Shown: positions 56,826 through 64,000 of the stretch, one piece after another
Numbering within the stretch: position 1 is the first letter of the stretch
Layout of the letters: every line of letters starts with the position of its first letter
Assembly: GCA_040399305.1 (NCBI GenBank)
Contig: JBBASH010000001.1
Span: 52,592-116,591, forward strand
Direction of reading: 5' to 3'
Source of the DNA: Cyanobium sp.
Lineage (GTDB): Bacteria; Cyanobacteriota; Cyanobacteriia; PCC-6307; Cyanobiaceae
DNA: 64,000 nucleotides
Translations under genes and position numbers: made by a program
The notes under the pieces: model-generated
What the model was told of the DNA's origin: nothing
Database searches by the model: none
Seen by the model: the letters and a program-made list of their open reading frames with translations, nothing else

Positions 56826-58952
56826 TCAGCTTCCACTTCCGAACTGAATATTCGACTTGGTTAGCAAGCCTGGATTGTCCATATTCAGCGTTCCGATGCT
56901 CTGACTGCCGCCGCTCTTCCAGTCCCCATCCGCATCGAACATCAGCTGGCGGGTGTCGGTGGCATAGGCAAGCGAGGGGGCGCCGATTCCCAGTGTGCGG
57001 ATCTCCCCCAGACTTCCCACCACCAAGCCGATCTGGCTGTTCTGGGGGCCATCGCGCACCACGAGCTGGCCGCCCTGGACCCCAAACAGGGCCCCCTGGG
57101 TCTCCCAGAGGTTTTGAGTGAGTGAACCAAGCGAACCGCTGAGATCAAAAATGTCACCGCGGGCGGCATCAAAATTGCTGAAGGTGTCCTCTTGGAACGT
57201 TTGGGAGCCGATCACCAGGGTGCCGGTCTGCCAGAGCGCCTGTTTCTGCTGGTCTGCCAGGCCCGCCCAGAAATTCAGATCGGTGAGGCGTTCCGCAAAG
57301 GAGCTGCCCGGCAGCGCGCCCGGGCTCGGGCTGGCGGCATCCAACGCCGCGCCGGCATTGGACTGAATAAAGGTGGTCTGCATCGCCGTGCCGCCGTGCA
57401 CTAGGTCCTGGCCGTAGCCGCCGTCGAGCCGGTTGCGCTCACCGCTGGCCACCTGCACCGTGTCGTTGCCGAAGCCGCCGCGGAAGCTGGTGTCCAACGC
57501 CAGGTCGCTCACCTTCACGGTGTCGTTGCCGAAGCCGCCCTCCAGGCTTGACGTGCGGGCCAGATCCAGCTGGATCAGGTCGTTGCCGCTGCCGGCATCG
57601 ATCGCGCTGCCACTGGAGGAGCCGAAGACCCCGTCGTTGCCGGTTCCGGTGTTGATGACGCTGTTGCGGATCCCATCGAAGCCGCCCTGGCCGCCCGTCA
57701 ACGCCGAGGCATCGAGGAAGACGTTGGCCGCTATCACCCCATCACCGTTGGCATCCACCCCGGCTAGTTGCTCGGTGTAGATGCTGCCGATCACCGTGTC
57801 ATTGCCTGACCCGGTGAGGATTGTGGAGCGATCGATGCCCGCCGCATCCATGGCCGGCAGCAGCCCACCGCTGTTCGCTGCCGCAAAGCCCCCTCCACCA
57901 ACCACGGTGGCATCGCCACCGTTGCTCTGGATGTCACTGCGGGCGATACCAATCCCCTGCAGGCTTTGCAGATTCAGGGATCCCGGTGGCAACAAGGCTG
58001 GCGTGTTGAGCAAGGCCAAGCCCGCCCCCTGAATCAGCACGGGCCCACTGCCAGGCCCCCGTACCTCGCTGCGATCGATGCCGATCGCCGTCGCACTGAG
58101 GTCGGCGGACTGGGCTGGGGTGGGGGGAGCACCGACCAGGTCGAGGCTGGCGGTGGCGATGCCGGCCACGAGTGCGGGGGTTCCAGGCGTTGCAGCGAGC
58201 CCCGGTGCCAGGGCAAAAACCCTGTAGCCCTCGATCCCCTTGGCATCAGCCACGGCGCGGGCCTCGGTGGCCGTGGGTCCGGGATCCAGGTTGAGCGTGG
58301 CGGCGGCTCTCACCGCGGCACTGGGCTGGCCATAGAAGGTGGGCAGGCTCGCGAACCCCTGGGGGGCGGCGATGCCCACAAGGGTGGACGGTTCTATCCG
58401 CAGGGTGGCGGGATCCACGGGGGCGGCGCCTTCCAATCCCCTCACGGTGGCGAGGGCCGAGAGTTGGGCTGTGAGCAGCGGGATGGCCTGGGGGGTCAGC
58501 AACGAACGGCTCGCCGCTGTGGCGCTCGCCGACAGCGGTGCCGCCGTGGTGCCGATCTGCAGAACAGCACCACCGCGGCTGATGACATCCAGATTGGCCA
58601 GGCCGACGTTGGTCGCCGTGGCCTCGGCCGTGTTGACGTTGCGGCCGGTGGTGTTGGCCGTGGCAGCGGCCGAGCCGGCGATCGATCCGCCGCCGGTCAC
58701 CACCGAAAGCCCGGGGCTGCTGAAGAACGCTGCGTTGCCCGGACCGGAAAGAAAGCGGCTATTGCCGAGTCCTAGCCCTAGGGCGGTGGCGATCGAGCCG
58801 ATCGGCTGCAGGGCCGACTCGATCACCCGGTTACTGGCCTGGGCGCTGGGGGCAATGGTGAGCTGAAGACCACCGCCGAGGTACGTGGTGCCCTGGTCGA
58901 GTTGCAGGGCCACCGCCCGCGACAGGGCGGTGGTGATGGGCTGGAACTCCAT
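56826..58952 (-). CDS. RTX-type Ca-binding repeat protein (type I secretion substrate candidate)
   Basis: ATG at 58952 (listed start 59006 is TTG). No signal peptide. Ala/Gly/Ser/Thr-rich N-terminal half. Nonapeptide-type repeats GSGNDTVIG, GTGNDGVFG, GSGNDLIQL, GGFGNDTVKV, GGFGNDTVQV, GGYGQDLVHGG. A 20-nt exact DNA repeat GTGTCGTTGCCGAAGCCGCC occurs at 57460-57479 and 57520-57539. Confidence 0.85.
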   Translation of the reverse strand: MEFQPITTALSRAVALQLDQGTTYLGGGLQLTIAPSAQASNRVIESALQPIGSIATALGLGLGNSRFLSGPGNAAFFSSPGLSVVTGGGSIAGSAAATANTTGRNVNTAEATATNVGLANLDVISRGGAVLQIGTTAAPLSASATAASRSLLTPQAIPLLTAQLSALATVRGLEGAAPVDPATLRIEPSTLVGIAAPQGFASLPTFYGQPSAAVRAAATLNLDPGPTATEARAVADAKGIEGYRVFALAPGLAATPGTPALVAGIATASLDLVGAPPTPAQSADLSATAIGIDRSEVRGPGSGPVLIQGAGLALLNTPALLPPGSLNLQSLQGIGIARSDIQSNGGDATVVGGGGFAAANSGGLLPAMDAAGIDRSTILTGSGNDTVIGSIYTEQLAGVDANGDGVIAANVFLDASALTGGQGGFDGIRNSVINTGTGNDGVFGSSSGSAIDAGSGNDLIQLDLARTSSLEGGFGNDTVKVSDLALDTSFRGGFGNDTVQVASGERNRLDGGYGQDLVHGGTAMQTTFIQSNAGAALDAASPSPGALPGSSFAERLTDLNFWAGLADQQKQALWQTGTLVIGSQTFQEDTFSNFDAARGDIFDLSGSLGSLTQNLWETQGALFGVQGGQLVVRDGPQNSQIGLVVGSLGEIRTLGIGAPSLAYATDTRQLMFDADGDWKSGGSQSIGTLNMDNPGLLTKSNIQFGSGS

Positions 58953-59045
58953 GGCGAGCAACAGGCGGAGGGATCGGAACAAAAGGGAGGAAAGGGGCCG
59001 GATCAAACGATCCGGCCCCCGTTTGTGAACATCGACTCAGCGATG

Positions 59046-61715
59046 TCAGACCGTCACGGTCGAGGCGGTGGCGATGTTGTTGCTCACTGCCGAGGCCGTG
59101 ATGTTGCCGCTCTGGAGAATGTTCACGTTGTATCCACTCAGGCCCACCGCATCGCCAAAGGCGTTGGCGGTGGCCGAACCGGTGATGGTGGTGGCCAGCA
59201 CGGTGTTGCTCAGGATTGCCGAGGCCGTGAGGTTGCCGTCCAACTTGGCGGAGTTGTCGCTCCCCAGCAGACCGGCCACAGACACGGTGGAGGTGCCGAA
59301 GGCATCACCGGTGACGGAGGTCGCCTTGGTGGAGTAGGTGCCCTGGCCGTTGGCCGTGAGGGAGCTGGCCTTCAGGTCAACGTCTTGGATACCGGCAACG
59401 AAGGCATTGGTGGTGCCTCCAGCGAAGCCGGTGATCGCATTGGCCGCGCCGGTGGCGCTGCCGTTGCCCGTGCCGGTGATGGTGCCCGACAGGCCGGAAC
59501 CGATCGAGCTGCCATCACCTTCGCCACCCTCGCCGCCCTTGATCCCCACGGCGTTCTGATACACCGTGAATCTGGAATCACCGGTGGTGGTGGTCGCCAG
59601 CACCGAGGGAGCCGTGGCGGTACCGCTGCCGGTGGTGTTGCCGGTCGTGCCGATTTTGATCGGGTCGCCGCCGCCCAAGTCGATGCCAATGGCCGCGAGA
59701 GTGGAGGTACCGGTGGCATCCCCCGTTACCGCAGACGCCAGGGTGCCGAGGTCGGCAGCCGTGGCCGTGCCGGTCACGTTGCCGGCTTGACCGATGGCGA
59801 TCGTCACGTTGTTGTTGATGCCCTTGGCCACCAGATCGGTGAGAGCCGTGGAGTCTCCGGTGGTGGTGGAGGCCGACGCCTTGCCGGTTAGGCCGGCCGT
59901 TCCTCCCACATTGCCGTTGGTGCCGATAGCAATCTCGCTGTTGTTGATGCCGAGAGCTTTCTGCAGGGCTTTAGCAGAGGAATCCCCCGTCACGGAGAGC
60001 GCCGTGGCGGCCACAGTGCCGGTGGCGGATGCGGCCACGTTGCCCGATCCCCCAACCGAGACAGGGGCTTCGTTAAGGCCGACAATCATGGACGATCCAC
60101 CGGCCTGAGCATTGGTGACTCCGGTGGTTGCCACCGCACCAGCTGCGAGATCGGAGGTGCCGTTAGCAGCAAACGTGCCCGGGCCGACTCCATTAACGAT
60201 GTTCTGGCCAATGGCAAGGCTTCCCTGGTTGAAGCCCACCACGCTCGAGCCTGCACCAGCCAGGGCCGTGCTGCCGGTGGACGTGGTGACGCCGGTGGCG
60301 GTGGCCGTGGCACTGAGAACAGCTTCCGCCACGGGACTGGTGGCGTTCTTGCCCACCGTCACTTTGGTGTCGTAGACACCGAAGACCTTGTCACCATTGG
60401 CCGCAAAGGCACTGGGATCGCCACCAGAGGTTGTGCTCTGGGCCGTGGCCGTCTGGGTGCTACCGGCGCCGGCATAGAGGCGCGTCGCGTTCTCGCCAAT
60501 GGCGAGCTTGTCAATGGCGATGCCCACCACATTGCTGTTATTGGTGGTGGCCGAAACATCTTTGCCGTCAGGCGAGGTCACAGCGGTGGCCTTGGCCGCT
60601 GCGGTGCCGACACCGGCAGCCTGAATGTCGCCGTCCTTGCCGGTCGTGAGGGTGGTGGGGGCGCCGCCGCTAATGCCACCGAGCTTGTTGACATCAACGA
60701 TGCCGCCGATTGTCTGAATCGCCACGTTGGCGCTAGCAGGGCCCGTGGTGGTGTTGGAGGTGGCGGTCGCGTCGGCCTTGCCCTGGGCGGCCACGGTGCC
60801 GGTCTCGCCGAAGCTGATGGCCAGGCCACCAGGCGTCACCACTTCAGACTGCTGAACGTTGGCTCCTGTGCCGTTGCCAGACACCAGCTGCACGTTGGCT
60901 CCCGTGGCGATGCCAGCCACCAGGTTGGCCAGGCTGCTGGCATTGACCGGACCGGTGACGCTGCTGGCCGTGGAATTGAATCCGCCGGTACCGAAGCCCT
61001 GAAGCGTGGCGCTGTTGCCGAAGGAGATCTGCAGGCCGCCGGTCGGGGCCACCGTTACAGCGGCAGCATCGGCTGAAGGCTGCGCGGGAGGGAGCTGGGC
61101 GCCGCTGGCGTAGATGCCCACGACCTTGGCATCGGAACGCCCGGCGGTGGCTGAAGACCCATCGCTGTTGGTGGGCAGGCCGATCGACTGGGCGGTCGCC
61201 GTGTTGTTGCCGGTGGCGCTGGCCGTCAGGCTCGTGCCGTTGCCAGCCTTCAGGCCCACGTCCTGAAGACCGAAGACCTTCCCGGTGTCGGCCCAAGCGG
61301 TGGAGAAGCCATCCACGCTGGTGGCGGCTGCCGTTGCGCTGTTGGTGGCCGACGTCGTCACCACCGCATCGGTGCCGATCGTGATCTGAGTCGGAACGCT
61401 GAGGCTGTTGATGATGCCGCCGGTGGGTCCGTCGTTACTGGCGCTGGCCGTTGCGTTACCGGTGGTGGTGGTGGCTGTGGCCCCAACCGTGCCGGTTTCG
61501 GTGGCATTGAGGGTGGCGAACGTGCCGATGCTGATCGGGCTGTTCAAGATGGCGGCCTGGGCCGTGGTGTTTGCCTTGGCATCGACGGCGCCCGAGACCG
61601 CCGTGTCGCTGGCGGGAGTCGTGGATGCGGCACTAGCCGTCAGAGTTGTGCTGGTGCCGACGTTGATATTGGAGGTGTCAATACCGACAGTGCGGCTGGT
61701 GTTGGTGGCTGACAT
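59046..61715 (-). CDS. Thr/Ala/Gly/Ser-rich beta-strand repeat surface protein (889 aa), first gene of the T1SS operon
   Basis: ATG at 61715. No Cys, no signal peptide, no GGxGxD repeats. Quasi-repeats of about 40-45 aa, of the type ...TGD(A/S)xAxx...GI..N..IAIG..GNVTGTA... Many N-x-S/T sites. Ends ...NITASAVSNNIATASTVTV. Confidence 0.8.
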   Translation of the reverse strand: MSATNTSRTVGIDTSNINVGTSTTLTASAASTTPASDTAVSGAVDAKANTTAQAAILNSPISIGTFATLNATETGTVGATATTTTGNATASASNDGPTGGIINSLSVPTQITIGTDAVVTTSATNSATAAATSVDGFSTAWADTGKVFGLQDVGLKAGNGTSLTASATGNNTATAQSIGLPTNSDGSSATAGRSDAKVVGIYASGAQLPPAQPSADAAAVTVAPTGGLQISFGNSATLQGFGTGGFNSTASSVTGPVNASSLANLVAGIATGANVQLVSGNGTGANVQQSEVVTPGGLAISFGETGTVAAQGKADATATSNTTTGPASANVAIQTIGGIVDVNKLGGISGGAPTTLTTGKDGDIQAAGVGTAAAKATAVTSPDGKDVSATTNNSNVVGIAIDKLAIGENATRLYAGAGSTQTATAQSTTSGGDPSAFAANGDKVFGVYDTKVTVGKNATSPVAEAVLSATATATGVTTSTGSTALAGAGSSVVGFNQGSLAIGQNIVNGVGPGTFAANGTSDLAAGAVATTGVTNAQAGGSSMIVGLNEAPVSVGGSGNVAASATGTVAATALSVTGDSSAKALQKALGINNSEIAIGTNGNVGGTAGLTGKASASTTTGDSTALTDLVAKGINNNVTIAIGQAGNVTGTATAADLGTLASAVTGDATGTSTLAAIGIDLGGGDPIKIGTTGNTTGSGTATAPSVLATTTTGDSRFTVYQNAVGIKGGEGGEGDGSSIGSGLSGTITGTGNGSATGAANAITGFAGGTTNAFVAGIQDVDLKASSLTANGQGTYSTKATSVTGDAFGTSTVSVAGLLGSDNSAKLDGNLTASAILSNTVLATTITGSATANAFGDAVGLSGYNVNILQSGNITASAVSNNIATASTVTV

Positions 61716-62367
61716 GGCTGGGGGAGATTCAGGAAGAACAACGGAGGTGGGCGGGGTTGGTGCCTGCAATGCCCCTTCACTTCCATGTGAAACCTATTGA
61801 CGGAATTCCGATTCCATCCGTTCTTGCTATGGCAAACTGGGACCACATTGGCGTTAAATCTGCAGCAATCTGCCTACCTACATGGCAACACTTTGCCTAC
61901 ACATGTTGCCCAAGCCTGCGGAATTCCTCTACGTGGCGCTGATTCGCACCACGTTGCTGCAGCCTTGAAGAACAAATCATCGGCACTTCCTATGTCATCG
62001 CCGTAATCTCGCAATCGTGATCTAAGCATTCCCCCAGGCCCTTTCCGGCTTGCCGGTTCCTACCCTGCCGCTTCAGCCAGAGAAGCCGGCCTGGCATGGC
62101 CGAACACATCGGACGGGCCTGAAAACCGGCCAGTTGTCTTAAAGCGTCCGGATTGGAACCTTGGCAAGGGCTAAGCGCAACCTGAGAGCCGGCCGCAAAC
62201 GCAAGCGATGCACCGATGCGCATACGCACAAAGCAGCAGCAATGCCACGCAATAACTGCAGGATGCGATGATCAAAAGGTTACCGGCGCCACAAAATCAG
62301 CACTCTGTCCGAACTCACCGATGCCGTTTCCCTCAAAAAGGATGGGAGCCGGGTTTCGCTTGAAGGC

Positions 62368-64000
62368 GTGCTGACGGGTGCTGCGTTCGGAATCGTGTTC
62401 CTGTACCTCCTCGATGCGGGTCAGGAGGCCCTTGCTGGGCAGCGCCGCCGGCCAACGGGCCCCGTGATCCTTGGGGATGACGGGGGGTTGGGGCCGTTTC
62501 GAACCTCGGTGGGTCGGATCCCGATCGCGCCCTTAGGAGAAGTGGAGGTGGGGCAGCCGGGCCGACCGGCACCCAACCCCGAAACGGGGGGGGGCAACCA
62601 ACCCCGGCAGACGGGCGGATCTGGGGATGGACTCGCTCCGGCGCCCCAGCGGCCGATTGGGCTAGCCCAGAATCCATCTCCCGGTTACGGAGGCTCTGGA
62701 GGTTTCGAGGGACTGCCGATTCAACAACCGTCGGGGTCGGGGAGAGGCCTCGCTGCCAAACAGATTGGGCCGACCGATCCCGGCACCGGAAGGGAAACAG
62801 CGCCAGACGACGCACTGGAACCTGTGGGGCTGCCGCAGTTGCTGTTGGTGCTGGTGCGGGTCAACTCCCAGAGCAACGCAATCAGTGTGGAAGGGAAAGC
62901 GATCAGCCAAAGCCTGATCGAACAGCATGCCGTGGCCGATAGTGTCGTGGATATGCGCTATCAAGACGTGCCAGGTTTTGAGATGCGCAGTGAATTAAAT
63001 TTACCAGGATTCGCCAATTCACGCCTCTCCGATGCTGATCTGCAGGTGATCTCGCAGAACGTGGGGATCGTGAACAGCAAGGTTCTTGGCGGAACGGCCA
63101 GCGAGCTGCTGGTGATTGGCGTGCAGGATCTTCTATCCCTTGTGGTAGTGACACCCAAATCCGGATCGGCATCAATCAACAGCCGCACCACTGGCTCGGA
63201 CCAAAGCACGTTCGATATGGGTGATGGGGCTAACGTGCTGGATGTGGAAGCCCTGCAACGGCTTAGCTTCACGGCGATAGGACTGCCGGATCAAGCGCAG
63301 TTAAGTTTTAACCTCTTAACCGAGGGGCTGAAATCAAGCTTTGTCAAGATGGGTGTAGGCAGTGACAGCCTGTTGATTAATAGCGGTTGGTATGGCGGAA
63401 ATCTGCCAGAAGACACCCCACTGTTTCTGAAACGTCAAGATCTCGGTCTCAGCCTCGATCTCACGCAACTGAGTGGGATGGCAAATAACTCTGACCTGAG
63501 AAATGTTTCCCTGAATGCCACAGCAATCGGCATGGATGCAAGCGCTGTGGATCTTGGTGGCGGTAATAACTACATGGCAATCAACACCCGTATCGATCAG
63601 GATCTCAGCAATCAGCTCGGCCTGCTCGGACCAGGTGGCACCAGCCAGGTGGAGCTCGATCGAATCGGCATGCGCGATTCCAGCATCCGCATGGGTAGCG
63701 GCGACGATACCTTGATCGTGAATGGAAGAATCCTGAACTCAACCATCGATCTTGGTGCTGGTCGCAATAGGCTGCTGCTTGAAATGGCACCTGACGATCG
63801 CAGCACAGTTGTGAATGGGAGCGGCAGCAACGAGATCACTGTCGCCAATATTGTGGGCAGTGCGTTGCAGGCTGGATCAGGAAATGACACGCTTAATCTT
63901 AGCGACTCCCAAGCCTATGGATCGTTTGATGGAGGTGAAGGGGATAACAGCCTGATCTCAGCCTCCGGTTCGGGATCCAAGCGGGATGTGGTGACCGTGA
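62368..64000 (+). CDS. Large repeat protein with GxG(D/N)D Ca-binding-like motifs; 3' end beyond the window, start uncertain
   Basis: Not in the ORF track (no stop before 64000). Frame 1 is open from the TGA at 62269-62271 to the window end. My translation: ...VLTGAAFGIVFLYLLDAG..., then a Gly/Pro-rich tract (GQPGRPAPNPETGGGNQPRQTGGSGDG...), then ...MGSGDDTLIVNGRILNSTIDLGAGRNRLLLE...AGSGNDTLNLSD...DGGEGDNSLISASGSG. The first canonical in-frame start is GTG 62368. The first in-frame ATG is at 62953. Confidence 0.6.
   Translation, partial: MLTGAAFGIVFLYLLDAGQEALAGQRRRPTGPVILGDDGGLGPFRTSVGRIPIAPLGEVEVGQPGRPAPNPETGGGNQPRQTGGSGDGLAPAPQRPIGLAQNPSPGYGGSGGFEGLPIQQPSGSGRGLAAKQIGPTDPGTGRETAPDDALEPVGLPQLLLVLVRVNSQSNAISVEGKAISQSLIEQHAVADSVVDMRYQDVPGFEMRSELNLPGFANSRLSDADLQVISQNVGIVNSKVLGGTASELLVIGVQDLLSLVVVTPKSGSASINSRTTGSDQSTFDMGDGANVLDVEALQRLSFTAIGLPDQAQLSFNLLTEGLKSSFVKMGVGSDSLLINSGWYGGNLPEDTPLFLKRQDLGLSLDLTQLSGMANNSDLRNVSLNATAIGMDASAVDLGGGNNYMAINTRIDQDLSNQLGLLGPGGTSQVELDRIGMRDSSIRMGSGDDTLIVNGRILNSTIDLGAGRNRLLLEMAPDDRSTVVNGSGSNEITVANIVGSALQAGSGNDTLNLSDSQAYGSFDGGEGDNSLISASGSGSKRDVVTV

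Noticed and set aside
61990-62229. 79-aa minus-strand ORF in the long low-GC intergenic region
   Set aside because: The sequence is Arg/Gly/Ala-rich and unconvincing (MRMRIGASLAFAAGSQVALSPCQGSNPDALRQ...), with no RBS or family support. I kept only a note that the region may be regulatory.
62268-62363. 31-codon ATG ORF (MIKRLPAPQNQHSVRTHRCRFPQKGWEPGFA) as a possible frameshifted N-terminus of the 62.3-64 kb gene
   Set aside because: The peptide is not protein-like. The alternative frame 1 reading across the same bases (SELTDAVSLKKDGSRVSLEGVLTGAAF...) looks more plausible. There is no slippery sequence to support programmed frameshifting.

Overview
High-GC (hand counts about 65-70% in typical stretches) picocyanobacterial chromosome segment, Cyanobium / Synechococcus-like. 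This is inferred from gene content: hemJ, a cyanobacterial-type hfq, DUF1257/ycf35-like, DUF1995 and DUF4330 proteins. Most of the window is densely packed core metabolism and housekeeping: sigma factor, gpsA, metH, ilvE, cobN, uvrC, coaD, dacB, dapF, leuS, pgi, purN, argC, ribBA. Two regions stand out. (1) 34.3-39.6 kb, minus strand: a very good match to a guanidine-I (ykkC) riboswitch sits directly upstream of an arginase-family hydrolase, HypA-like and HypB-like nickel chaperones, and a NitT/TauT-type ABC importer. I read this as a guanidine-sensing, Ni-dependent guanidine hydrolase (GdmH/GhaA/GhaB-type) uptake and degradation operon that standard annotation would label speB/hypA/hypB. (2) 49-64 kb: a type I secretion island. 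It has a five-gene minus-strand operon: an 889-aa Thr/Ala/Gly/Ser-rich repeat protein, an RTX protein, a parvulin-like PPIase, a cNMP-binding ABC exporter with a degenerate C39-like domain, and HlyD. Two further Ca-binding-repeat proteins flank it. At its right end GC drops to about 43-53% over a gene that runs off the window. Smaller oddities: a DapF with a roughly 105-aa C-terminal Cys4 extension overlapping the next gene; an AT-rich in-frame 69-nt insertion in leuS flanked by 8-bp direct repeats; a repeat-generated low-complexity insertion in an Fe-S photolyase-related protein; and several unusual gene overlaps. No tRNA, rRNA, CRISPR or transposase was recognised. All family calls come from motifs read in the translations, since no database search was possible. 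The ORF track writes M for GTG/TTG starts, so I re-derived many starts from the nucleotides. Many long listed ORFs are off-frame or antisense artefacts typical of high-GC DNA.
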